NCBI GenBank assembly: GCA_963734535.1
Contig: CAVTHS010000014.1
Location: forward strand, 128,001-192,000
Source of the DNA: an uncultured Chloroflexia bacterium
Lineage (GTDB): Bacteria > Chloroflexota > Limnocylindria > Limnocylindrales > CSP1-4
Length of the DNA stretch: 64,000 nucleotides
Direction of reading: 5' to 3'
Shown: in pieces, positions 52,727-64,000 of the stretch
Numbering within the stretch: the stretch's first letter is position 1
How the letters are laid out: each line of letters starts with the position of its first letter
The notes under the pieces: model-generated
Seen by the model: the letters and a program-made list of their open reading frames with translations, nothing else
Databases searched by the model: none
Told to the model about the DNA's origin: nothing
Made by a program: the position numbers and the translations under genes

Positions 52727-52874
52727 GAACGCGTTTCGAGTTGCCCACCCGCTGGGGCGTCCGTCAGGCGGATGCTCCCTGCGAGGTGGTGCAACGACGC
52801 GGACTACTGTCTGTCACTGCACATCACCTCCTTTCGGTTGGCGAAACCGTACATGACGACCCGGGTTCTGGCAA
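52695..52874 (-). ncRNA. Candidate stand-alone structured small RNA or micro-peptide mRNA
   Basis: TTGCCA-17-TACGGT promoter, AAAGGAGGTGAT, 17-codon ORF 52764-52817 and hairpins. Confidence 0.55.
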
Positions 52875-52937
52875 GCACCTGTGCTCGTCCGGCACATCCG
52901 TTTCGCGTCGACCGCGTCGACCGCCGACTTCGCGACC

Positions 52938-54326
52938 TCAGGCAGCCAGCGGCCAGGTCCCGCTCGCGGCCGGCGGACCGAGGGCAGTCAGTGCGGCGTC
53001 GATGTACGGGTCGCCGGTCGGGGTCGTCGTCCCGTCTGTCGCGGTGACCGAGACGTCCGGCGTCAGGCCCTTCAGGTGGATCCAGCGCTTGGCCGGCGTG
53101 AGCCATTTCGCGATCGTCAGCCGGAACCCACCCGAGTTGTCGCTGAGGTCGACCCATTGCTGGACGGTGCCCTTTCCGAACGTCGTCTCGCCCACCAGCG
53201 TCGCGCGCTTCGTGTCCTGCAGGGCGCCGGAGACGATCTCGCTGGCCGACGCGCTGCCCTTGTTGACGAGGACCACGACCCGGATCGCGGGGTCCGTCGC
53301 GACGCCGCCCGGCGAGGCATCCGTCTCGATCTGGGTGCCATCCGCGCTCTCCTCCCAGAAGAGCGGCCCGCTGGCGATGAACTGGCTGGCGATGGTCCGC
53401 GCCGCCGTCACGTAGCCGCCGGGGTTGTCGCGGAGGTCCACGATCACGGACCGCTCGCCCTTCGCCAGGCCCGCCCGAAGCGCGTCGGTGAAGTCCTTCG
53501 CGGAGTTGTCGGAGAAGGCCGCGACCCGGATGTAGCGGACGCTGCCATTCGCCAGGTCCCGGGTCTCCACCTGGGTCTGGACGATGGTGTCGCGGACGAT
53601 CTCCAGGTCGAACGGCGGCTGCGCTGCCCGGACGATCGTCAGGACCACCGGGGTCCCCTTCTTGCCGCGCACTTTCGCGATCGCCTGGTCGAGCGTCAGC
53701 CCGTCCACGCTGGCGCCGTCGATCCCGGTGACCACGTCTGCCTCGCGGATTCCGGCGGCCTCCGCCGGCGACGCGGCGATCGTCGAGACCACGGTCATCC
53801 GGCAGTCGGGCGCGAGCGCCGTGCACGTGCCGCCGCCCGCGGCCGACGATCGGGCCGTGATGACGGCGCCGATCCCCTCGAACTGGCCACCGAGGTCCTC
53901 GCGAGCCCGCTGGAGGTCGGCGGGGCTCATGTACGAGGAATACGGGTCGCCCAGCGCCTTGATCAACCCGTCGATGGCGCCCTCGACCAGCTTCTTCTGG
54001 TCCACCTGGCCGACGTAGCTCCGGGTGATCGAATCCCACGTGTCCCAGAACGGGGCGAAGAGGGCCTGGTCGGCGGCCGGCGTGCCGGGGGTCGTGGCCG
54101 TCCGCGCCCCCAGCGTGAAGCCCGACAGGAAGAGCGCCGCGCCCGCGAGCAGTCCCACCACGGCGATGGCGAGCTGGAGCGACCCGACGCCGCGCCGAGG
54201 CTGCCCGTCGGACCGGACCGTCGGGACGACGGGCTCGACCGAGGTGCTCTCGGCAGGGCGCTCATCTCCCGGGAGGGCGTCATCCGGGGGCTCGGGCGGC
54301 GTGAAGCTCGAGCCGGGCGTCATCAT
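52938..54326 (-). CDS. ctpA: S41 family C-terminal processing protease with PDZ domain
   Basis: DLRDNPGG, SASASEIV and TFGKG. Confidence 0.92.
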   Translation of the reverse strand: MMTPGSSFTPPEPPDDALPGDERPAESTSVEPVVPTVRSDGQPRRGVGSLQLAIAVVGLLAGAALFLSGFTLGARTATTPGTPAADQALFAPFWDTWDSITRSYVGQVDQKKLVEGAIDGLIKALGDPYSSYMSPADLQRAREDLGGQFEGIGAVITARSSAAGGGTCTALAPDCRMTVVSTIAASPAEAAGIREADVVTGIDGASVDGLTLDQAIAKVRGKKGTPVVLTIVRAAQPPFDLEIVRDTIVQTQVETRDLANGSVRYIRVAAFSDNSAKDFTDALRAGLAKGERSVIVDLRDNPGGYVTAARTIASQFIASGPLFWEESADGTQIETDASPGGVATDPAIRVVVLVNKGSASASEIVSGALQDTKRATLVGETTFGKGTVQQWVDLSDNSGGFRLTIAKWLTPAKRWIHLKGLTPDVSVTATDGTTTPTGDPYIDAALTALGPPAASGTWPLAA

Positions 54327-54332
54327 CTGGGC

Positions 54333-55244
54333 CTACCTCGTGAGATAGCTGCGGACCGAGAGCCACGATCCCAGGACGCCGACCCCCAGGCCGGTCCCGA
54401 GCACAAGGAGGATCACGTCGCGCTGGAGGGAGCCGAGCTCGAGGGGCAGGACGCGAAAGAAGCCGTACATGAAGTCGGTGACCGGTCCCGAGGCGACGGC
54501 GAGCAGCGCCAGGGCCGCCACGGCCCCCAGGAGCCCGACGAACGCGCCCTCGAAGATGAACGGCCAGCGGATGAACGCATCCGATGCGCCGACCAGCCGC
54601 ATGACCTCGATCTCTTCGCGCCGGGCGACGACCGCGAGCCGGATGGTGTTGACGATGATGAACAGCACCACGAGGCCGACGAGCAGGAGGAGCACGAACC
54701 CGCCGGTTCGCAGGACGCCGGTCACGGTGGTCAGCTGCTGGACGAGCTTCTGGACCTCGACGACGTCGTCCACGACGTGGTTCCGATCCTGGAGCAGCTG
54801 GACGACGCCCTGGTAGTCGCGCGGATCCACCAGCTTGACCTCGAGGCTGGCGGGGAGCGGGTTGCGATCCAGGAATCCGGTCAGGTCCACCTGGCCCCGC
54901 TGCCGCAGCCGGTCACGGAACTGGGCCAAAGCCTCGTCCTTGGACAGGAAGGTCACGGAACGGACCGAGGGGAGCGCCGCGACGTCCGAGGCCAGGGCGA
55001 CCGCCTGGACGGTCAGGGCGCCCTCGGCGCCCGCCACGTCGTGGAGGTCGGCGACGATCTCCACCTTCTGCTCCACGTACTGGACGCCCGCCGCGAGCCC
55101 GGCCTGGACCAGCCAGAAGCCTGCAAGGAGGAGGAGCATCAGCAGCATCGTCGCCGTTGCCGCGAGCGTCATCAGGCCGTTGCGTCGCAACCCCTGCAGG
55201 CCCCGGGTGACGCTGAACGTGACGAATCGGAAGAAGCCGAACAC
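54333..55244 (-). CDS. ftsX: Cell division permease FtsX
   Basis: NPLPAS and NTIRLAVVARREEIEVMRLVGASDAFIRWPF. Confidence 0.93.
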   Translation of the reverse strand: MFGFFRFVTFSVTRGLQGLRRNGLMTLAATATMLLMLLLLAGFWLVQAGLAAGVQYVEQKVEIVADLHDVAGAEGALTVQAVALASDVAALPSVRSVTFLSKDEALAQFRDRLRQRGQVDLTGFLDRNPLPASLEVKLVDPRDYQGVVQLLQDRNHVVDDVVEVQKLVQQLTTVTGVLRTGGFVLLLLVGLVVLFIIVNTIRLAVVARREEIEVMRLVGASDAFIRWPFIFEGAFVGLLGAVAALALLAVASGPVTDFMYGFFRVLPLELGSLQRDVILLVLGTGLGVGVLGSWLSVRSYLTR

Positions 55245-55246
55245 CC

Positions 55247-56020
55247 TCAGTCCTCGCGGTGGTAGCCGCCGACCTCGTCGCGGACCACGCGCCCTTCCTC
55301 GAGCGCCACGACTCGGCGCCGAAGGGCCGTCACGACACCGGCGTTGTGGGTGGCCATCAGCACGGTGACGCCGAGCTCGTTGATCCGGAGCAGGAGCTGG
55401 ATGATCTCCCAGCTGATGAGCGGATCCAGGTTCCCGGTCGGCTCGTCCGCGATGATCAGGCGCGGCTCATGCACGAGCGCGCGGGCGATCGCCGTCCGCT
55501 GCTGCTCCCCGCCCGAGAGCGTGGAGGGAAGCTGGTCGGCCTGTGCCCCGAGCCCAACCACCGCCAGCGCCCGGTCGACCGCGGGTCGGATTCTCCCGCG
55601 CGGCGTGCCGGTGACCTCGAGGGCGAACGCCACGTTCTCCCGGACCGAGCGGGCGGGGAGGAGCTTGAAGTCCTGGAAGACGATCCCGATCGTGCGGCGG
55701 AGCTCGGGCACCTTCCGGCGCGGAACGCGGGCGAGGTCGCGGCCGTCGAGCACCACGTCGCCGGACGTGGGCAGCTCATCGCGGATGAGAAGCTTGAGGA
55801 GGGTGGACTTGCCGGCGCCCGACGGCCCCACGAGGAAGACGAACTCCCCCTCCCCGAGCGTCAGGTCCACGTCGTGGAGTGCCGCCTTGCCGTTCGGGTA
55901 GACCTTGCCCACGCCGCGCAGCTCGAGGACCGGTCGCACCCCTCCGGTTGTGCCCGCGGCCGTCTCGTCCGGGGATCGAGCAGGTTCGGCGGCTGGCCGG
56001 ATCATGGTGGGGGTCGTCAC
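55247..56020 (-). CDS. ftsE: Cell division ATP-binding protein FtsE
   Basis: GPSGAGKST, VFQDFKLL, LSGGEQQR and ADEPTGNLD. Confidence 0.93.
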   Translation of the reverse strand: MTTPTMIRPAAEPARSPDETAAGTTGGVRPVLELRGVGKVYPNGKAALHDVDLTLGEGEFVFLVGPSGAGKSTLLKLLIRDELPTSGDVVLDGRDLARVPRRKVPELRRTIGIVFQDFKLLPARSVRENVAFALEVTGTPRGRIRPAVDRALAVVGLGAQADQLPSTLSGGEQQRTAIARALVHEPRLIIADEPTGNLDPLISWEIIQLLLRINELGVTVLMATHNAGVVTALRRRVVALEEGRVVRDEVGGYHRED

Positions 56021-56126
56021 GTCTGCCCGAGGCTACCACCGGCCCGCCGATCCGTCCGGTCCAGCCGTCCATGGCCGGGCCGGACGGGGTCAGGTCGCGC
56101 GCCCGGGGGCTGACAGGGCGGCGTCG

Positions 56127-57116
56127 CTACAGGACCGCGAGGGTGATCGGCACGTACCGTTCGAAGTCGGCGAAGGGCCGGTCCCAGCAGATGAGCGCCG
56201 GGAAGTCCTCCAGCCGGAGGCCGCCGGCGAGGAGCGCCGCCACCGCCGCACCCGCCGATCCGGGAACCCACGCGGAGAACGCGCCGACCGGCCGCACCGA
56301 TCCGACGAGGTGGCCCACCACGGGTCCCATCAGCGCCGCATCCTCGACGGCGATCGGGCCCAGCCGCCCGACCTCCGACGCATACCCGTACCCGAGGACA
56401 CTCCCGTCGCCCGCCTCGTAGAGGTAGCCGACACGCCCCTGGCTGCCCAGGAAGGCATGGTCCTCGGGGTGCGCGTATCCCAGCGTCCCGCGATCCAGGT
56501 GCTCCACGGCGGCGGCCAGCCGCCTCGGCCCCGCGCCGTCGGTGGGCCCCGCCCGGAGCAGGTCGAACGGGACTGCGCGGACGCCGGCTGGCAACCCCGG
56601 GACCGGGTGCTCCAGGCGGCCGACAAGCTCCAGCACGGGCACGCGCGGCACCATCCCGAGGCGGCTGTAGAGCGCGTTGGAGACGGGCTGGACGCTGTCC
56701 GTGCACGTCGCGTGCGTGGCGTGGTCGGTGCCCTCCAGCACCTGGGAGAGGAGCCGCCGGCCCAGGCCGCGCTCCTGGTGGCCGGGCTGCACGAACAGCA
56801 TGGAGAGGAACCAGACGTGCTCGCGCCGGATGGCCGAGATGAACGCGACGACGGCCCCCTCCGGCCTGGCCGCGGCATCGGCCGGGAGTGCGTCCGCGTT
56901 CTCCACGGCGACCCAGAACCCATCGGGGTCCGTCGCGAGGAGGTGACCGAGGAGGCCCAGCAGGGGTCCGAACGACGGCGGCATCGGCGAACGCCCGACC
57001 CGGACCCCGTACTCGGAGAGGCCGGCATGCCAGACTTCGGCGCACGCCGGGAGGTGGCCCGGATGCGCCGGGCGGATGCTGATCGCCGGCGCTCCCGCTG
57101 CCGGCGGGCGCGTCAC
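56127..57116 (-). CDS. GNAT family acetyltransferase (two-domain)
   Basis: LFVQPGHQERGLGRRLL and LYSRLG. Confidence 0.8.
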   Translation of the reverse strand: MTRPPAAGAPAISIRPAHPGHLPACAEVWHAGLSEYGVRVGRSPMPPSFGPLLGLLGHLLATDPDGFWVAVENADALPADAAARPEGAVVAFISAIRREHVWFLSMLFVQPGHQERGLGRRLLSQVLEGTDHATHATCTDSVQPVSNALYSRLGMVPRVPVLELVGRLEHPVPGLPAGVRAVPFDLLRAGPTDGAGPRRLAAAVEHLDRGTLGYAHPEDHAFLGSQGRVGYLYEAGDGSVLGYGYASEVGRLGPIAVEDAALMGPVVGHLVGSVRPVGAFSAWVPGSAGAAVAALLAGGLRLEDFPALICWDRPFADFERYVPITLAVL

Positions 57117-57135
57117 GTGCAGCCTCCCGGCACGA

Positions 57136-58258
57136 TCACGCGGGCTCGGGGGCGCCGAGGAGCGGCGCTCCGGTTGCCTCGCGCTCCAGCTCGGCCGCCA
57201 TGAACACGTCGAGATCCCCATCGAGCACGGATGCCGTGTTCGACGTCTCCACGCCCGTCCTGTGGTCCTTGACCATCTGGTACGGGTGGAGGACGTAGCT
57301 CCGGATCTGGTTGCCCCAGCCGGCCTCAACGTGCTCGCCCTTGAGCTTGCGCAGCTCGATCTCCTTCTCCTCCAGGTGCCGTTCCAGGAGCCGGGCCGCC
57401 AGCACCTTTGCCGCGGTCTCGCGGTTCTGCGTTGCCGAGCGCTCGTTCTGGCAGGTCACGACGATCCCCGTGGGGACGTGCGTCAGGCGCACCGCAGAGT
57501 TCGTCTTCTGGACGTGCTGGCCGCCGGCCCCCGACGAGCGGTAGTTCTCCACGCGGATCTCGTCCCAGTCGAGCTCCACCTCGGCGACGTCCTCCACCTC
57601 GGGCATCACCTCGATGAGCGCGAACGTGGTCTGGCGGCGCTTCTGCGAATCGTACGGGCTGATGCGGACCAGCCGGTGCACGCCTCGCTCGGCGCGCAGC
57701 CAGCCGTAGGCCCGCCGGCCGTCGACGTCGAAGGTCACGCTCTTGAGGCCGGTCTGCTCGCCCTCGGTCTGGTCCAGGACCTCGGTCGAGAAGCGGTGGC
57801 GTTCGGCCCACCGCAGGAACATTCGGAGGAGCATCTCCGCCCAGTCGGTGGCCTCGGTCCCACCGGCGCCCGCGCTGATCGTCACGAGCGCACCGCGCTG
57901 GTCGTACTCCCCGGAGAAGAGGAGGGCGGTGCGTTCGCGCTCGAAGGAGACGCGCAACGTCTCGGCATCGCGTTCGATCTCGGCGAGCATCTCGGCGTCG
58001 TCGGCCTCGGCGGCCATGTCCGCGAGCTCCTCGAGCCCCGTTGCCCGCGATTCCAGGTCTCCCCACAGGGTCAGCTCGCCCTGGAGCCCGTCGGCCTCGC
58101 GCAGGATCCGCTGGGCGCCCCGCTGGTCGTCCCAGAACCCGGGGACGCCGATCAGCGCATTGAGCTCCGCGACGCGTGCTTCCTTCGCGGGGAGGTCAAA
58201 GACGCCCCGAGGTCGCGTGGATCCGCTCGGCAAGATCGCGAAGGCCGGACCGGTCCAT
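57136..58258 (-). CDS. prfB: Peptide chain release factor 2 with programmed +1 frameshift at CTT-TGA-C (58201-58195)
   Basis: ATG 58258 gives MDRSGLRDLAERIHATSGRL*, then D-LPAKEARV; GGGG lies upstream of the shift site; SPY and GGQ motifs. Confidence 0.95.
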
Positions 58259-58483
58259 CTAGACTCGGCCTCGCACGTCCTGGAGGAGGATCGGCCGGAG
58301 CTCGATGAGCCGCAGGGCGGTCTTGCTCCGGGCGACGACGGGGTTCACGCAAGCGCAGTACGCGTTATGGGGACACACGCCGCAATTACCGTCGCAGTCC
58401 AGCGCGGCTGCGTAGCTGCAGTTCCTGCAGTCTCGCTCGCACGCGATCAGGTCGACGAAGGCGGCGTCAGTGATCTGCTTCAC
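58259..58483 (-). CDS. 74-aa cysteine-rich protein (CX3CX2C-x7-CX3CX2C-x5-CXC)
   Basis: GAGGGAG SD before GTG; its TAG directly abuts the prfB ATG. Confidence 0.75.
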   Translation of the reverse strand: MKQITDAAFVDLIACERDCRNCSYAAALDCDGNCGVCPHNAYCACVNPVVARSKTALRLIELRPILLQDVRGRV

Positions 58484-58572
58484 CGCTCCCTCATGCACTG
58501 CGATGGCAACCTCGGCCGCTGCATCCCCGCGGGGACGGGAGCTGGGCAGCACCGGCCTTTGGTAATGATGGG

Positions 58573-58601
58573 AGTATACGGGGGTAACGCGCAGCGGCCA
58601 A
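58573..58601 (-). promoter_or_regulatory. Promoter for the Cys-rich ORF and prfB
   Basis: TTGGCC-17 nt-TATACT. Confidence 0.6.
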
Positions 58602-58617
58602 GAGGGAGTTTTCGTGC

Positions 58618-59264
58618 TCAGGGCGAGCCCGGCGTCCCCAGCTCCGGGCCGCTCGCCGCGCCTACCAGCCCGTACAGGGCGAGCGCGCCGAGCTCGTGCA
58701 ACGTGGCATCGAGGCGCGGCGCCAGGCTGGCATCGGTCGGGCTCGTCGTCGTCGGCGATCCGAAGGATGCGATGTCCAGGTCCTTGCCCATCCGGAGGAC
58801 GCGCAGCATGTGCGTCCGGTCCGACACGAAGAGCGCCGATCGCATCCCGTGCTCACGCAGGATGCCCGCGACGGCCTCGAGCGATTCGAGCGTGGACCTG
58901 CCGTGGTCCTCGTCCAGGATCGCGGCGTCGGGAACGCCGCGCGCGACCGCGTAGGCACGGGCGACCGCCGCTTCCGTCGTCCGGTCGCCCTGGCGCCTGC
59001 CGCCCGTCACGATCAGCACGGGGGCCAGCCCGTCCTCGTAGAGGCGCACCGCGTGGTCCAGGCGGCTCGCGAAGACCGGCGAGGGCACCCCGTCATACTG
59101 GGCCGCGCCCATCACCACGATCGCGTCGACCGGACGCGCCTCGTCGACGGCCCCGCGCTGCCAGATCCGGATCGTCGCGTAACCGGTGACCAGGATCCCG
59201 CCGACGACGACGGCGAGACCCACCAGGGCGAGCTCGCGGACCGCGGATCGCCCGACGTGATCGC

Positions 59265-59280
<16 letters not shown>
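58618..59280 (-). CDS. YdcF/DUF218 family protein
   Basis: DAIVVMGAAQYDG, LIVTGG, STLES and THMLR; start uncertain. Confidence 0.85.
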
Positions 59281-62288
<3,008 letters not shown>

Positions 62289-62355
62289 GGGACGGTCAGT
62301 ATAGGCGGGGGGCCTCGGGGTGGCCCGGCGGGCGGACGCCGCTCCGGCGGCCCGC

Positions 62356-62586
62356 CTACTTCCAGAAGCCCGAGCCGTACCCGGCGATGAGCAGCACGAA
62401 CGTCAGCACGCCGAGCGCGAGCCAGAAGAGGACCGAGACGGACGTCCGGGTCGGGTTCATCTCGCGGTTGACGAGCGGCGACGCGTTCCAGCGCGGCGAG
62501 CGAAGCTGGGTCCGCCAGTCCTTCGGAGTGTCGGTGCGCGGCTCCAGGCCGCCCTCGCCGTCGGGTTGATGCAGCTGGAGGGTCAT
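62356..62586 (-). CDS. 76-aa hypothetical protein with C-terminal TM helix
   Basis: ATGA overlap with prs; SVLFWLALGVLTFVLLIAGYG. Confidence 0.7.
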   Translation of the reverse strand: MTLQLHQPDGEGGLEPRTDTPKDWRTQLRSPRWNASPLVNREMNPTRTSVSVLFWLALGVLTFVLLIAGYGSGFWK

Positions 62587-63725
62587 CGGTCTCCGAACGT
62601 CCTGGCCGGCGCGCGGCCGGCGATGTCGGCGGGATGCGCAGGGTCGTGGCGCGAGGTCAGGTGCTCCGAGGGCAGGATCGCGCCGGTCCGGGCGTCCAGC
62701 GTCTGCTCGACGCCGTCCTCCCACAGGATCATCTCCTGCGTGAGGGACGCCTCGCTGCTGAAGAGGGCACCGACCGACTCGCCGCGGTGGATGCGCCGGA
62801 TCGCCTCGCCGATGAGAGGCGCAACGGACAGCGTGGTGATCTGGGGGAGCCGCTTCGCGGTCGGGAGCGGCACGGAGTCGGTCAGGACGAGCTCACGGAT
62901 GGGTGATCCGGCGATGCGGTCGATCGCTCCCTCCGAGAGGATCCCGTGCGTGGCGCAGGCGTAGATCTCCTCGACGCCCTCGCGCACCAGGGCTCGCACG
63001 ATCTCCATCAGCGTCCCCGCGGTGTCGATCTCGTCGTCCACGATGATCGCGCGCCGCCCGCGAACGTCCCCGATGACGTTGAGCAGCTCGGCCCGGTCCA
63101 GGTTGCCGACGCGCCGCTTCTCGATGATGGCGAGGGGAGCATCCAGCAGCTCGGCGAAGGTACGGGCGCGCTTGGCGAAGCCGAGGTCGGTGACGACCAC
63201 GATCTCCGTCAGCGCCTTCTGGCGGAAGTAGTTGGAGAGCAGGTGGACCGCGGTCAGCTCGTCGACCGGGATGTTGAAGAAGCCCTGGATCTGGCCCTGG
63301 TGGAGGTCCATGCTGAGGACGCGGTCGGCGCCTGCCACCGTGATCATGTCGGCGATGAGGCGGGCGGTGATCGGGACGCGCGGCTGGTCCTTCTTGTCGG
63401 AGCGCCCGTAGGCGTAGTAGGGGACGACCGCGGTGATCCGCCCCGCGCTCGCGCGCTTGAAGGCGTCGATCATGATCAGGAGCTCCATGATCGACTGGTT
63501 CACCGGGTGGCAGGTCGGCTGGACCAGGAAGACGTCCTTCTCCCGGACGTTGTCCAGGATCTTGACGAAGATGTTCTCGTTCGCGAACGAGAAGACCTCG
63601 GCCTGGCCCAGCGGGACGCCCAGGTAGCGGCAGATCTTCCGCGCAAGGCCGTCGTTGGCGTTGCCCGTGTAGACGTCGAACGAGTCGGAGTACACGAACG
63701 CCTCCTCCGAGCCGAAGCCCGTCAT
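62583..63725 (-). CDS. prs: Ribose-phosphate pyrophosphokinase
   Basis: PYYAYGRSDKK, DLHQGQIQGFF and DDEIDTAGT. Confidence 0.95.
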   Translation of the reverse strand: MTGFGSEEAFVYSDSFDVYTGNANDGLARKICRYLGVPLGQAEVFSFANENIFVKILDNVREKDVFLVQPTCHPVNQSIMELLIMIDAFKRASAGRITAVVPYYAYGRSDKKDQPRVPITARLIADMITVAGADRVLSMDLHQGQIQGFFNIPVDELTAVHLLSNYFRQKALTEIVVVTDLGFAKRARTFAELLDAPLAIIEKRRVGNLDRAELLNVIGDVRGRRAIIVDDEIDTAGTLMEIVRALVREGVEEIYACATHGILSEGAIDRIAGSPIRELVLTDSVPLPTAKRLPQITTLSVAPLIGEAIRRIHRGESVGALFSSEASLTQEMILWEDGVEQTLDARTGAILPSEHLTSRHDPAHPADIAGRAPARTFGDR

Positions 63726-64000
63726 CCTCCCGACGGACCCGCTCCCGGTGCGGTCGGACCCGCATCGGGGCCGCCATTGTCGCCCATGCCCTCGCGCTCC
63801 GCCAGCCCCTCGCGGAACGCCGCGATCCCGACCACCCGGTCGCCCTCGTTGAGGCGCATCGTGATCACGCCGCGCGCCTCGGGCGAATACCGGTTGACCG
63901 TCGCGCACGTCCGTCCGAACGACCTGGCCGGCCGCGCTGATGAGGAGCAGCTCGTCGTCCTGCTCGGTGACCTGCTGGACGGCGGCCACGTGGCCGGTCT
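63722..64000 (-). CDS. gyrA: 3' end of DNA gyrase subunit A (pinwheel blade); partial, apparent +1 frameshift near 63905
   Basis: DELLLISAAGQVVRTDV, then in the +1 frame TVNRYSPEARGVITMRLNEGDRVVGIA...* overlapping the prs ATG. Confidence 0.75.
   Translation of the reverse strand, partial: RPATWPPSSRSPSRTTSCSSSARPARSFGRTCATVNRYSPEARGVITMRLNEGDRVVGIAAFREGLAEREGMGDNGGPDAGPTAPGAGPSGG

Noticed and set aside
52820-52836. ATCACCTCCTTTC as a 16S rRNA 3' fragment
   Set aside because: No other 16S sequence flanks it; better explained as a minus-strand SD. A plus-strand anti-SD-mimic RNA cannot be excluded.
62583-63989. GyrA-Prs fusion
   Set aside because: Indel near 63905; the gyrA tail ends at TGA 63722, overlapping the prs ATG.

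Overview
High-GC bacterial chromosome segment that contains the replication origin. The gene content, the lipobox-bearing YidC and the many leaderless genes suggest a monoderm organism, probably Chloroflexota such as Limnocylindria (inference, not verified). Left to right: a GT-C/GT2 membrane glycosyltransferase cluster; a bifunctional nuclease, a degenerate PP2C-TM-propeller protein, dciA, recF, dnaN, oriC and dnaA (all minus strand); rpmH-rnpA-yidD-yidC-jag; VanW; a P1B-5 ATPase with hemerythrin; SIS, HTH and a Tm-1-like gene pair; an expanded kdp locus with split KdpD; a yybP-ykoY (Mn) riboswitch ahead of a small zinc-ribbon gene; an ABC-2 exporter; a LacI-controlled sucrose/fructoside cluster ending at tmRNA; then smpB, ctpA, ftsXE, prfB (programmed +1 frameshift), secA, prs and the gyrA tail. 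About seven single-base insertions, some in essential genes, look like sequencing errors and create false fusions in the ORF track. The best novelty candidates are (1) a stand-alone ~150-nt transcript upstream of smpB with a sequestered perfect SD and a 17-codon ORF, (2) a Mn riboswitch controlling a 75-aa zinc-ribbon protein rather than a transporter, (3) a twin-CX3CX2C small protein abutting prfB, and (4) a pseudophosphatase receptor next to the dnaA operon. All calls come from reading motifs; no database searches were run.
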